The notes: generated from the letters alone by a model not told the origin. Shown: positions 19,401-27,281, numbered from the stretch's first letter. The stretch: 64,000 nucleotides of DNA from a virus (IMGVR_UViG_3300040971_000196:1032-65031); one strand, 5' to 3'. Translations and numbers: made by a program.

Positions 19401-19930
19401 TCTTTCAAGTCCTCATTGATCCACTTACCCTCTTCCTGAGATAGAAGAGACTTTGTGGGATTAAGCGAGGCTTGCCGCATCTGTTCCTGATAAACGTCAA
19501 AGCCCTTGTTGGTCAGATATTTACTGACAACATTGTCGCCGCCGGCATAGGACGCGAGCTTGCCTAGGCCCATGAGCACGCCGCCGCCGACTGTGGCCTG
19601 CATCTGGTCAACGCCGGCAGCCGCGCCGCGCATGAAGTCGCCCTTTTCAGCGAGGTTTTTTTCGCGCTCTTGATTGTCGAGTTCTTCCTGTCTGCGCTTG
19701 GTTTCAAATGCAGAAATATTCTGAGAGAAGCGATCTATCTTGTTGCGCTGTGCCCAAGTGTCGTAAGTGTCGCCTTCGGAGACATTTTTTCCCGCTTTAA
19801 ACAGTGCATTTGCGAACTTATCTGCACTTATTCCTCTTTTGGAAAACTCTTCTTGATTTTCAAGATAAAGAGATTCAACTTTCTTCCCGTAGGAGCCCTC
19901 GTAGTCGTCCATCGGCTGATTTAACATCAA
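7424..19930 (-). CDS. Large polyvalent (ejection/internal virion) protein, 4168 aa, with two zincin-like HExxH regions, an ASCH-like domain and C-terminal LPD38-like domain
   Basis: HEIIH (~17100); YHEAVGHIGLR...AEEFLA (~10610); IDAMWEGKRTGTTR (~16560); DFDRKG...LYMFANAGIQG...KIPLPYGY C-terminal block typical of LPD38 proteins. Start may be ATG at 19927. Confidence 0.8.
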   Translation of the reverse strand: MMLNQPMDDYEGSYGKKVESLYLENQEEFSKRGISADKFANALFKAGKNVSEGDTYDTWAQRNKIDRFSQNISAFETKRRQEELDNQEREKNLAEKGDFMRGAAAGVDQMQATVGGGVLMGLGKLASYAGGDNVVSKYLTNKGFDVYQEQMRQASLNPTKSLLSQEEGKWINEDLKDPGDYYDAIAGTFGNLVPSMAVSLISGGVGGKLAELAGKKAVDKAVGYFVKNQAERMMNKGIFTNVAKEATEAAVRSGVAVEAATLAGTEASRKVAQVAAQKYVGSRVGTIMGTAALETTGAFSDTVNHMRDKFMAEGMSHEDALLKATEETSATFAMSTGLAAGMVEIFGGNIRLLDMFLGDVGGKTAKELVKAATHARANPGLRGKALNMMRDLMVEAVKQAPAEFGQEAAQEILSMSNVNFADPDFEMVSQENFKRVIESGLAGAIGGAGGGMATQVGSKAKAAFGTQETPESRARDLDVIIKRQESIIALGQEKSLPGVTAALEANRAERAELAKHLGNISAGVSYQEAAKQINDALPNPSGKPFTVKALKNLIRHGNMQELEKGTVDAMALQEYIAARKPTPDATIQTPQTSQVPITEPMATMATEPLATETLTIDPAATQEAIGQEPAEDPNYLASMDQEVDAQAEGGARNWTPEELAERFGKKEDVIEDGPSSYLKREDFEYIKGKAIERGDKPEQIAQELWQTLEADLMDVDSLNRQIDKNKWPEGHPDRVKAEAQIQETRALVKEFDSYVAENSIDRKMATGSSRMSAGKETSLAQSLLNQQEQQETRDSVASKVLGSDFAEKSEKQLEYMVKRYDERLPKMEDPQLRMMMERERSHIQEILKKRKTDEPKFSRATVDFEGPGLGRDRISEHVAKSGLSEVSTVFESMDELAPETRAVIEAKEGQNAPAFWHGGRLHVNAARVRDDDHMADIMSHEIIHPAEEAHVAELTKKMGAEEAVNEWNGTLDKVYSSFTSEIEKMATERGYDKDYDLATEVGRRGIAGELLADRNIKGTEKFYDKAVIVLKKIVNAVRKTLGLKEMDLGESEIRVLLSKMKGSLGKQGLVAPEGTKFSRAKTGLKDMPRIPMNYRHDGVKNVMRPDLLAGDKPITSTIDAMWEGKRTGTTRSILQVADQFGLEFDKPKAQVGLADLQQIVGSTFYVQEDGKRILAKVDAVVPVTDMTAEEWSQREGWAPEMYQSYTGSGKDGLRGLKEYGKATDIQLDEKQKLRYDFKEDVATGTEREELPLDNVQVQFSIVSKEEVALPKVKPTEKKAKPPVAKAEESSEPKSALDTPELAKFDAELDKFLTFYSDWDQDKERMMGKPLATLRLEYKERKRDEKTFIQQTPEERLARLRALPMHKKLQLVASTAPENFNELLRSGSAYVKSAGSALEKSLRSGSTAAILSGDVRTFLSGAWSLMTAKAATRDNRAAGYGVRANEANAAYRQRLAEIKTNSKLSAEDKDKARVQARKTRRAALKAARDENARVWQQHMNEVMDSVKAVSELILSKEGPIRAQLEAAYGRDWNMFTEGLQDDIKQMKEFVKNVGTLRDNLAKGKQAYWSDRAVSTPPRLMILEHAAERSVGRAKVENFNSVGERLDYIVAETARELNSVPGANRLPGEAKQLFLYLISNMVATASYTGRLSKDRAESFDDRVKQLSLGGMDSSATGGITPADAEKVLTALSGDREDSGGMTETELQKFEDMFRMAEILRSTEVMSPALSGVTKTITDMGSVADFIERMQDTHALALNLLSKFGAIGEQDRLTTLAFPGLGNYLGNKVSADKFEHSAPTVEAVGQNIIRNTLKRLNDVYGGKLTINVGTVVPSFTMEVDAEGVQTHELKALQKKIDELIQVKGKDDLYAGLTADEILLGLFGIGQKFGKGLANKFAVQNMPPALGKKLAAAGFLNDYLQPIHEFEKNTEAHKVAAAVFSDVQDEGKKYRTFFGQMEYEKNLRKGAFFDSTQRESLNLSPVNGDFKELRSLQPGAILYSEKHPGSVFMIGGRAEFARDERQRPVGEPLYTLVQMKDVDHAVKDYDHTGVSFKAGEKRISVDTMREKGNPKLYTIEQLSAQQLFVVPRVWDVLAGHSVVKKDNKGDVVSDNMNVLRRYEMNSGLLASKRRRLLSEVSQKSRHSNLVGAAYAQKVFDANGKQFLVVANQNDNPFVLEVTNQPSMASKTGEAIERSLSLFENDNVKRALVAVQGTAANTPAQDKALDELEDAIIETLGVAIDRGLVTKEESEAIREVAMGNIESQLRLHTQEIMDAEQLVDNETWMPAQKDGEETGEVEDGGGDSPISKGQLSELAKQANEDFVSAILFPFRTVVSEADTKRSVNMRKDAVEEGKAAVDAAQAVVQALYTEGNRLSKEAQFPLRMFKGSTRGWLRLRDRLNMLLDHHIPAAEEALAKAEKNLKWATEMSKFRTGAASSFVVGEAAQEASELAQQRERILSTVLDYELDPDKLAWGNSGYFAALPKHMQAKAEALINTRDSVTGKITFSTTESMKTGDLKGKRTIRALLEGGQEDLAAYILSGLSSFPNLQYETNDKMTTDMARIAYALVAQELPMATKDGSIKKFSELSKKDKGLARHILQLAPVLIAYQNEYALAMRNVKGEQANLWREGTRREEKRQDAAKKTGRPVTDLDRRRDDLAIMLAKTGLSRIIRTKEGLNLDAIAQGRLEHDTDAVDLFMLMELVATEQLPADLGPGMLGDSLEERQAHLNSIHLMDRTEKAADFPNQTTLDEKDFQRTLAENLVDAVLLHWSKGNAAQRAVAEKLVNSEFSSDSESLLFDLMELIKIEGLDPEKQLLLLAQTKLHMDKDANFLVQNIDDIRSFRSVDGAAQYNLQSENERLTNTEVYPAFREMTMTGVDYALMQAINQIAPGTYKIKVNRQANTGRTPTVVVNDTEGGIDFGERTMTSFGEALVVSLLRTHDDAMQSMTISPARRQEVVGAVHRALHSLKENELARVLGKFRYRQVGKNYVLDADQAPSRVLLQQRADAILSELNVLSDLQVPVVFHHPGITAQSFLETADRQVEALPLDLISLMETASKKGKKSMEATESLKNLMGFKDRLGRIHVFVGAHANSTGGFDWQEFSKTIYHEAVGHIGLRKVLGAEYDNYMVSVAKRQFGEDRMARVPRDLQIHYAEEFLAHMAEQVVFDAAAGRTVNKNIGTALDRIAAMLARAFRKIMTKLGFDFHVTGFEMREVLYYAFEGSKVAGRSGASSFISPSLIPGENLTHPGEFGQYQPNLIDQVLMKFADYLRRWEMLNRSVVGSGETLGPDQDFISAMRTQKSRIGALSIKADVLTAQFADMFKGESFSVHDVAEITEALHSLERNKLRKHASRLTNKQAQAFLDKHVALGNITRNADGSYGGKAMAPIRHLVEVNKRTIEIARDGGMITAAKAAEMLAGYEFYVPVPGRTGLEKGSDEYYALSGGSRFKEPGDNFTGLPLQEDERDVVGLTFSGLRSRIQEISVNRTNNVLYNFAGRRGKGNPELFHVYLSQEEVQALVADMVDVDVTGVAAYMERNGLKTMPEIPAGLDRDGLKEWERDMGLIPVYRNGELRYMSIVDEGLAKSFHMLNNPKQVGRAMRVMGSVNRWLIKMNTSMNPEFFIPNMVRDIGTALNTLSIRENVGGIDGREFARSVLSNVPAAMKVIYANNFGKDKSGFTEAQKELDAMIELFESTGAKIQWAFMETPEETVKSLDSAIRVAQGKASIKEKAASFTSGVEEFMRKSSDVFENATRLAMFAAGIKAGMSKESAALLARETTVDFDRKGEWGGALNTLYMFANAGIQGSLTILRTMKNNPGRAAKHLGAIIGFSFSVAVMNMFMGGDGDDGEPAYFAVNDEVRNGNLIIMLPGMEKGVKIPLPYGYAFFWSIGQEMAQSVLGRKSTGAASMGILGALLNNFNPLETAASLSESHGWVRMLSPTLFDPLVDIGFEKTPFGTPLMPQAAYDDQPDSARHWRSVSASSKAVAQWVNSFGGSGATEGLISFSPESMDLLIESTFGGVGKFLSRTTGLIAMPFSAKEFTENDVPIGRRFAVSTMQWEDRSKFKSAYDEIHGVNRTMKTLQENIGMARVPELRAEAQTDAAEFRKANQHILALRVPVNNVYNQAKTIDKQKERLYKSGLSESEIQPQLKALNERQAKIYQGFNKRYFDVVDNR

Positions 19931-19944
19931 AAAAACTCCATAAT

Positions 19945-21318
19945 TTAATTTGTTGTGTTAAGTCTCTCTATCATTTTCTGCAAATAATCATCGCTTCCAG
20001 TTCCAAGCATCTCTATTGCAGAATTAACCTCATCCAGCTTTGACTTTATTGCTGGATCTTGATTTGCGTCATATTGTTTCTGAAGACTTGTTTGTACAGC
20101 TTTCAATTTGTTCAAATCAAAATTGCTTTGCTTGTACTGCCCTTCCTGCTCTCTTTTCAAAGCAGCATCCCCGGACCTCCCAACAGCTTCGTATTGTGCG
20201 GCACCAAGAGTAGCTGCAGCCTTAATCCGTTCCTGCTCAGTTCCGGCATTTGCCGTCATCGCCGTGGTTTCTTTTCCGGTCTGCGCAGCAAGAAGTGCCT
20301 TAACCAAATCATTGGCCAGGGTGGATCGGCCAGTCAGAGAGTCGCTGAGGCCCTTGATCTGCTCGTTGTTGGCCTGAACCATGGCCAGCCGCTTTGTCTT
20401 GGACATATTGCCCATTTCAACAGATTGGCCGTAGCCACCCATAAGCTGACTGTTCTGGTTATTGAGCATCGATATCTGCGACTCGATGTTGCGGAAAGCC
20501 CCATCGCCGCCCGGGGTATTCGGGTTCATCCCGATGCTCTTGCTGAAGTCCTGATACTGCCCGGGTTTCATGTTCTGGCCAAGTGCCGTACTGAGCATGG
20601 CCGTTTCCTGGTTCATGAGGCCAGTCATGTTTCCGCCAGGCATGGTCACGGCCGGGTTCTGCTGCATGCCGGGAATGGCCGAGGCAGTTCCTGGCTGGGG
20701 AACAAGGCCTTGAGCAGCCTGGCTCTTCATAAAGAACGGCGACTGACCGGCAGGCAGGGGCGTGCCGCCAAGATTGCCGCCAGAAAGACGGACAGAGCCC
20801 GGCTCTTGCATCTGTCCGTCTTTGAACATGCCAACCTGGCCGGTATAGGGATTATTGCCAAGGGTCAGCTTCGACTTGTCAAAGCGAGAAGTGCCCGCCT
20901 CCTGCTGCGCACCGATGAGTTTGGAGGGTACGGTGTTGGTTGTGCCATTGCCTGGAGCGCTCGGCGAAGGCTTATTTGGAGATAAAACAGACGGCTTGAA
21001 AGTGTTTTGACGTAAAGTTTGATCAAGTTTTTTCTTTTCATCGCCAAGGGTAGCATCGCCAGTTCCACCAAAATAGTCACCGACGCGCTGCTGGATTTTT
21101 GGATAAGAACCCTGGTCATTTCTTGCCGTATTGCGTAAGTCTTTACTCTTCTGCACGACGCCGCCGACTGTAGACGTTGTCCAGTCTATTCCTTTTTTTA
21201 CTTGACTTAAAAAAGGACTAGGAGATTCATTGATTTTTGCTGTGTTTGGATTCCCAGCATTAATCTTTTTAGATTTTTCAAGATATTCACTAGCAGCACT
21301 TTTTGCACCAGCCATCAC
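19945..21318 (-). CDS. Putative DNA-ejection/internal virion protein
   Basis: Low-complexity G/Q/M/P-rich with helical C-terminus; immediately upstream of the giant protein; GGAGG SD. Confidence 0.55.
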   Translation of the reverse strand: MMAGAKSAASEYLEKSKKINAGNPNTAKINESPSPFLSQVKKGIDWTTSTVGGVVQKSKDLRNTARNDQGSYPKIQQRVGDYFGGTGDATLGDEKKKLDQTLRQNTFKPSVLSPNKPSPSAPGNGTTNTVPSKLIGAQQEAGTSRFDKSKLTLGNNPYTGQVGMFKDGQMQEPGSVRLSGGNLGGTPLPAGQSPFFMKSQAAQGLVPQPGTASAIPGMQQNPAVTMPGGNMTGLMNQETAMLSTALGQNMKPGQYQDFSKSIGMNPNTPGGDGAFRNIESQISMLNNQNSQLMGGYGQSVEMGNMSKTKRLAMVQANNEQIKGLSDSLTGRSTLANDLVKALLAAQTGKETTAMTANAGTEQERIKAAATLGAAQYEAVGRSGDAALKREQEGQYKQSNFDLNKLKAVQTSLQKQYDANQDPAIKSKLDEVNSAIEMLGTGSDDYLQKMIERLNTTN

Positions 21319-21327
21319 ACCACCTCC

Positions 21328-23292
21328 CTATTCTTCTTCAATTCGATTGATATTGATATTCTTACTGAAGCTGACACCGTCAGAGGCGGTGTAGCTGTCA
21401 CCGCCAGAGTAAGAGATACTGGCATGAGTACTGATGCCCTGCATGGCACTAGCCGCAAGCTGTGCGCCTACGCCCATGATTCCTTCTGTGCCAGACATCT
21501 GGAGCTGCTTCATGGTCTGGTAGCCACGTAGGGAAGCTTCAATCTGAGCTACCGCTTTTTGCAACCTAAAGGATGCCTCCTGGACTTTCAACTTTATCCT
21601 TTCAGACGTTGCCTCATAGTGGGCCTTGTCGCGCTCTGTCTCTGCAGAATAACCGGTTGCCAATGCCTTGAAACCATCGACCTTTGCGCCGATGGACTTT
21701 GTCTTTCCATCCACTTCGGCAGAGAATCGCATGATTTCGGCCTTGTATTGTTCGGTGATCATTTTGTTCTCTTCGATCTTGGCAGACATCTTTGCCACCA
21801 TCCCGTCGAGCATTTTGGCCTTGGCCTGAACCTCCGTGCCGTACGCCTGTGTGCGAGCAGAATAGACCTCGGCCCTGATCTTCTCTCCGCTCCACTCAGC
21901 CTCGTACTGCTGGATCATGGATTTGTTCAGCTCAACCGTGGCCATATATCCTTTGAGCTTTGACTCATACAGCTCGGCCGTTGTCTTCTGCACTTCTGCC
22001 TGGATGCCTACGGCCTGCATCTGGCTGGTGTAGACCTTGACCAGAAGCTCAACGCCGCCAAGCTGGGCGGTGTAGATATCAACGAGCAGTTTCTGCACCT
22101 CGGCAGACACCCTGGCGCCTTCAATCTGAGCCTTGAAGATTTCAACCTGTGTCAGGGCAGCCTTGACCCTGGACTCCCAGACAGCGGCCTTGGTCTTGTA
22201 TTCCTCAAGCCTGAAGTTGGCCATGTCCACGGAGGCCTTGAACAGCTCCATGGCAGAACCAAAGACAGCCTTCTGGCCATCCAGGGAAAGTGTGGCCTGT
22301 TTGACATAGAAGTCCCGCAGCATACCCTCAAGTTCGGCGCCTTTCTCAATAAAGAACTGCGTATTCTTCTGCGCAAGCTCGGCCTGGCTTATCGTAATGT
22401 CCTTGCTGGCCTGCATGTTATTTCGAGTAATCTGCGAGTTGATCTCGGAGATTTTTGCCCAAAGCATACCGGTGGGCATCGTGAAGCCGCGACTGGCAAA
22501 ATAATCTTCTGTCTCCCGCAGCATTTTTTCGTTCTCAAGATAGGTGCGATTCAGATGCTGCCAGTAGATATCTTCTTCGACCTGAATATCAAGGCCAGTT
22601 CCGCCATTGCGAATATTGTAAAGCACCTTGGCGAGAAGATCCGCCCAAATATCAGAGTTGTAAGCCGGCTCGCCCCAGGTGAATTCTCCCGGCGTTGTCA
22701 GCTCGACTGGGATAATGGACTCATCGAAGTCTGGTATCGTGATGTCCGGAGCCGCAGGAATCTGAATATCAGTGAAGCTGGGCGGGCTCGGCAATGTCAC
22801 GCTGGGCGCGACCGGGAACTCCAGAGCCTCAAATGACGGTGTCTCGGGAACAGTGCCAATGGCCTGCAAAGTCGGCTTCTCCGGCGCAGAAAACTCCGGA
22901 TCTGGAATATTGAAAACCGGAAATTCGACATCCTCAATGTAGTCAGGGACAGCGAGCATAGACGGAGCGGGAGGCGCATCCGGCAAAGAAAGGTCAAGCT
23001 CAAGCGTGCCAAGGTCCGGGCGGGAAGAGTAATCAACATTGGGGATTTCAACACCCTCAATGTTGAGATCCTCTGCCCCAGGAACTTCAAGAGTCTTGAT
23101 GAGCGCCTGCATGTCGAGAACAAAATTTGAAGTCTGCAGCAATGCCGCATTGGCGATATCCTCAAGATATTCCATGCGGTCGTTGACGGTCGTGAACGCA
23201 GCGTTCTTTCTCGAAACAGGACCGGTCAAAGACGGAACTTCGGGATCTGCTCCGATAAATTGCGGCTGTGAATTAAAAATTCCCGTGTTCAT
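21328..23292 (-). CDS. Coiled-coil virion structural protein
   Basis: Pro-rich N-terminus, ASRGFTMPTGML motif, long A/Q/K/E coiled coil. Confidence 0.6.
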   Translation of the reverse strand: MNTGIFNSQPQFIGADPEVPSLTGPVSRKNAAFTTVNDRMEYLEDIANAALLQTSNFVLDMQALIKTLEVPGAEDLNIEGVEIPNVDYSSRPDLGTLELDLSLPDAPPAPSMLAVPDYIEDVEFPVFNIPDPEFSAPEKPTLQAIGTVPETPSFEALEFPVAPSVTLPSPPSFTDIQIPAAPDITIPDFDESIIPVELTTPGEFTWGEPAYNSDIWADLLAKVLYNIRNGGTGLDIQVEEDIYWQHLNRTYLENEKMLRETEDYFASRGFTMPTGMLWAKISEINSQITRNNMQASKDITISQAELAQKNTQFFIEKGAELEGMLRDFYVKQATLSLDGQKAVFGSAMELFKASVDMANFRLEEYKTKAAVWESRVKAALTQVEIFKAQIEGARVSAEVQKLLVDIYTAQLGGVELLVKVYTSQMQAVGIQAEVQKTTAELYESKLKGYMATVELNKSMIQQYEAEWSGEKIRAEVYSARTQAYGTEVQAKAKMLDGMVAKMSAKIEENKMITEQYKAEIMRFSAEVDGKTKSIGAKVDGFKALATGYSAETERDKAHYEATSERIKLKVQEASFRLQKAVAQIEASLRGYQTMKQLQMSGTEGIMGVGAQLAASAMQGISTHASISYSGGDSYTASDGVSFSKNININRIEEE

Positions 23293-23299
23293 GTTTTAC

Positions 23300-25246
23300 C
23301 TACCTATCTTGAAGTCCGAAAACCTGAATATAAAATGGTTTGCCATCTGCGGAAATCTGTACCGAAATTCCCGTATCTAGCCAATCTTCTTTCAATATGT
23401 TTGCGCGATGAGGCGGCGAATTCATCCAGCCCTCAACGGCGGTCGCGGCCGAAGCGTAACCCCATGATACGTTCTCGCCAATCTCAAGGGCGTAAACAGC
23501 TCGGGTTCCGTATGCAGTTTGTCCGACGCGGTCCCCGACGAAACTTCCGTCAGAGCCTTCGTGGTCCATGATATCGTTCTGTGCACAGTCATATACATGA
23601 ATATCTGCTGCATACTCAAGATCACCGTCAGGAGAAAGCCGCCCAAGGCCGTGTTCCATACGAATTTGATTTACGAGGTTGAATATCTCAACTTTGGCCG
23701 CAGCTTCAAACCCAGGTTTTTTAAAGTCATCCATGATATACATGCCAATATTCCCACGCAGAGATCTTACATTCTCTGGCATATATCCTTTTGCGACATG
23801 GTCTTCATGAACTTCCTTTATAAACTTTTGCATTGAGAGGAAAAGAGTAGCGCCGTTGGCACTTTTAGTATTTTCAGAATCTGTAGTTGATCCGATAGCG
23901 GCCGCTCCAAACATTCTATGAAAAAGCTCGGTCGGCAAATACTCGCCATCAAGATACTCATAGTCGGCCTCCATGAACGATGAAAAATATAGGTCAACTC
24001 TAATCCCTGTATATTCTGTAGAAGATGCAATGTTGTGGCTTCCAGTAGCCGCTGCAAGATTTGGAAGGCCATCGCTTCTTTGAATAAAACCAACAGGCGA
24101 GCGGAGGCTTGATATTGCATATGTCGAAGAAATAGGAGGATTTGAAAAGGCATAAATCTTATCAAAATTTTCCTCGTCCAAAAACGAATACAAGACATCT
24201 ATGTCCCAAAGCTCCAAATAGGGCTCGCCTGTATCTTCTCTCATTTTTGCAGAGCCATCCAGAAAACCAGAAATATAATTCAAGGCACTATATTCATTAT
24301 CACTCTGCATTTTTCCAGCAGGTGTGTTATTTATAAGAAAAGAGGCATGCCCAAAAGCAACTGGCAAATTAAGCGCCCAATATGTATTGTCACTCCAACC
24401 ATTACTGCATCTCCACCAGTCGTGAACAAGCATTGCTCCAGTATAAATAGTGTTGGAAAATATGTTTTCTTCTTCTTTTATAGAGCCGTCCTTATAGACA
24501 AGTATCTTTGCTCCAGACCCTGGAATAAACCCATCGATGTTTTCTGAAACCTGTGTCCAATTATATTGCTTTAAAAAATGAGTGCCCCTTCCATCTGCGT
24601 CCCTATATGAGCACCACTCCCTCAAAGAATTCATTGTCTCGCATCGCTGTGTCAAAAACTCATGAAATTCATAGCTGTCCCAAGTTAACGTTTCGCACTT
24701 CTTCGTATCAGAAAGTGGCAATGTTTGGCACTTACTATATGAGGGGATTGAGCAAAATGCTGTATTGTAAGAAAACCTATTGTTAAAGCGAATCCTGTCG
24801 GTATCCGCTGAAGAAACAGTAAGCCTTCTTTTATAAACAGACGATTCGCTTGCTGGGACATATACAGAATACATCTCTTCCGCTGTATTAAATTTTCCAA
24901 TCTGAAACAGCTCGCCATTTATAAGAAACTTTCCAACAGTATAGCCAATCTCCTCGTTTCCAACATAGACAATAATAGTTGGATACATCGGCTCAATTTT
25001 CTTCTTCTCTTCTTTCTTTTCAGGAAAAGGAGAGGCTATCTCTGCAATGCTGAAATCTCCGACCTTTTTTCCAACAATAACAGTGCCGTCAGAAAATCTG
25101 GAAGCCATACAAAAAAAGGCAAGGTTTTGCCTTGCCGCTTCTTGCCTGCACGTTTCCAGCAGGGCGTGCGCCTTCCCGGAGTATGAAGCTGCAAGCTCCT
25201 TGTTCTCGAAGAGAATGATGCGATCAGGTATTCTTTGTGCAGCCAT
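23300..25246 (-). CDS. Tail-region protein with C-terminal CAP (SCP/PR-1) domain
   Basis: FNLVNQIRMEHGL..L..D..L..AA..H, HEGSDG, GENVSWG, WMNSPPHRANIL and YIQVFG are hallmark CAP motifs. Confidence 0.8.
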   Translation of the reverse strand: MAAQRIPDRIILFENKELAASYSGKAHALLETCRQEAARQNLAFFCMASRFSDGTVIVGKKVGDFSIAEIASPFPEKKEEKKKIEPMYPTIIVYVGNEEIGYTVGKFLINGELFQIGKFNTAEEMYSVYVPASESSVYKRRLTVSSADTDRIRFNNRFSYNTAFCSIPSYSKCQTLPLSDTKKCETLTWDSYEFHEFLTQRCETMNSLREWCSYRDADGRGTHFLKQYNWTQVSENIDGFIPGSGAKILVYKDGSIKEEENIFSNTIYTGAMLVHDWWRCSNGWSDNTYWALNLPVAFGHASFLINNTPAGKMQSDNEYSALNYISGFLDGSAKMREDTGEPYLELWDIDVLYSFLDEENFDKIYAFSNPPISSTYAISSLRSPVGFIQRSDGLPNLAAATGSHNIASSTEYTGIRVDLYFSSFMEADYEYLDGEYLPTELFHRMFGAAAIGSTTDSENTKSANGATLFLSMQKFIKEVHEDHVAKGYMPENVRSLRGNIGMYIMDDFKKPGFEAAAKVEIFNLVNQIRMEHGLGRLSPDGDLEYAADIHVYDCAQNDIMDHEGSDGSFVGDRVGQTAYGTRAVYALEIGENVSWGYASAATAVEGWMNSPPHRANILKEDWLDTGISVQISADGKPFYIQVFGLQDR

Positions 25247-25706
25247 GAGATTTCACAGTAAACAATGCGTGCAAGGACTTGATATGGAAAAAAGAACCGT
25301 CGATATTCTTGATCCGGAATTTGAACAGTAACCCGGAGGCGATGCGACCTATAGATTCCCGAATTGACTCCAGGGACAAGACGCCTTCGGTCGGAGTAAA
25401 AATGGCAGAACCAAGAACTGCGTCATTCTTATCGAGCACATCGATCTGAACCGGATTATCCGCCAACATGGCGAGCCGGAGAAACCGTGGCCGCTTCACC
25501 CTGCCAGCGCCCCAATTGGAAACGAGAGTATCAAAGCTGGCCTCGATATTGTCGTCAACGTCCCTCTTGCTCGTTATCTCGAAAAGACCTTCGTCCGTGG
25601 CCATAAAATACCGGCCATCGCGTTCGCAAATACTGTTGAACTCATAATCAAAGAACTGGCCGAAAGCTTTGTTCTTGAGATTCACGCTGCCACCAAGTTT
25701 TTCCAT
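25224..25706 (-). CDS. Virion structural/tail protein
   Basis: 160-aa beta-rich ORF in the tail cluster. Confidence 0.55.
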   Translation of the reverse strand: MEKLGGSVNLKNKAFGQFFDYEFNSICERDGRYFMATDEGLFEITSKRDVDDNIEASFDTLVSNWGAGRVKRPRFLRLAMLADNPVQIDVLDKNDAVLGSAIFTPTEGVLSLESIRESIGRIASGLLFKFRIKNIDGSFFHIKSLHALFTVKSHGCTKNT

Positions 25707-27281
25707 CTATGGCCTCCGATAAAGAAGAGATGTGGACGTTGAGACATCGTCGCTTGAGCAGGCAATATTGCCGAACAAGGAAAGCGCCTTTGCCTGAATC
25801 GTAAGATCGACAGATTTTCCACGGACAGAGCCATTAAAGCCAAAAACAGGCCCCGACATTTCAGACCAGTTGGCCTGGGTGCAGGCTACCGATCCATTCA
25901 GCCTGAAAGCCTCAATACTGATCTGAGCAAATGGAAGTCGCTCGCCCTCAATGAAGCCGGCAAGAGATGCGAACTCTCCAGAAATAGACCCATTTGCATC
26001 AATACTCGCCTCAAGTGCTCCGGAAAAAACAGGCATGTCAGCAAAAATATCAGCGTTTGCGCTATGTCCAGTTTCAATCTTTCCATCCAGAGAAAATGCC
26101 TCAGCATCAAGAGATCCTCCGCCAAAGGCTTCGCCAGAAAGGAGAAGAACTTCGGCAGAAACATCGGCAATAACCTCAACACTCGCTACGATTTCGCCAT
26201 CAAAAGCCTTGAGCGCAGCTTCAACCTGAGCCCCGCAGAACAGTCCGCCAGCCAGCCCGTTGAAAATAAAACCATGAAGCTCGCCGCCAGTCTGTGCCCC
26301 AGACATATCTCCAGAAAAAGAGAATGCAGCTTCGGTGAAAAGGATATTTGTTACGCCAAAACTGTAAATAGCGAACTTTGGAAGATCAAAAAATATATAT
26401 GAGGACGGATTTATCGTTGATTCCGCCTCAAGCGCAGGAAGAAATCCCGGAGCAACAGCAACATCTGTCCCCTGCGAGGCATCGACAGCGAGCGACCAGC
26501 CAGAAAGAGCCGGAAGCTCAGATTCTATTATCGAAGGCTCTCCGGCTACCCCCCGAGACTCCAGCGCTGGAATATCGTTTGCGGCAGCGCAAATCTCGAC
26601 AACAACCTCTCCCTGATTTGCATGACTTTCAAAAGAGGGGAGGATTGAAATACAAAATGTCTGGTCATCAGTACTAGCTATGCCGGCAAGCCCAGGCAGT
26701 TCAGAAAAGGCATAATTCGGAAAATCAACATCTCCATACGCATAAGCGTTTGCCATCTGTGAAAATGAATACGCGGCATTTTCAAGCCCCGTAGTAAAGG
26801 CGGCAGATATAAGACCAGGCAGCTCGTTTTCGCTTGTTGCTGTATAGGATCTGAAATCTTGAACTATCTCAGGATCAAGAATTGAGTCCATGTATCCATA
26901 CATGGACGCATAAAGCCTGGCCTCTGTAAAAAGCTTCCCCATCTCCGATGTATAGACTAACACATCGTCAACATAATAAGAAAATATCCCGCCAGTGCGC
27001 TCTATCTTAAATACTGCATTTGCAGGAATCTGAATAGGTGGTGTCTTTAAAACTCCAAGCTCTATTATCCTGTAATTTCCGCCATTTAAATAGAATCCAT
27101 TTCTTATGGAGTTGTTGGACTGCGGAATACCATCTTCTGCCGCACCGCAAACGATTGCAGCATTAACATATGCCTTAAATGAAAAGTAACCATCGTATTC
27201 AAGGGTATCTATTGACAAAGCCCAAGAGTCCCAATCGTACGCTGGTGCAGAATAATTTATTATCCTATTTACATATGCCAT
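25707..27281 (-). CDS. Tail fibre-like structural protein
   Basis: Acidic; repeated ELP.L and G-x-I/L beta-strand units; lectin-like N-terminal region. Confidence 0.5.
   Translation of the reverse strand: MAYVNRIINYSAPAYDWDSWALSIDTLEYDGYFSFKAYVNAAIVCGAAEDGIPQSNNSIRNGFYLNGGNYRIIELGVLKTPPIQIPANAVFKIERTGGIFSYYVDDVLVYTSEMGKLFTEARLYASMYGYMDSILDPEIVQDFRSYTATSENELPGLISAAFTTGLENAAYSFSQMANAYAYGDVDFPNYAFSELPGLAGIASTDDQTFCISILPSFESHANQGEVVVEICAAANDIPALESRGVAGEPSIIESELPALSGWSLAVDASQGTDVAVAPGFLPALEAESTINPSSYIFFDLPKFAIYSFGVTNILFTEAAFSFSGDMSGAQTGGELHGFIFNGLAGGLFCGAQVEAALKAFDGEIVASVEVIADVSAEVLLLSGEAFGGGSLDAEAFSLDGKIETGHSANADIFADMPVFSGALEASIDANGSISGEFASLAGFIEGERLPFAQISIEAFRLNGSVACTQANWSEMSGPVFGFNGSVRGKSVDLTIQAKALSLFGNIACSSDDVSTSTSLLYRRP

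Noticed and set aside
7556..19444. Long + strand ORFs opposite the giant gene (e.g. 11048-12802, 14399-15778, 15971-17290)
   Set aside because: Antisense shadows expected from GC-rich codon bias; no SD sites or recognisable motifs.
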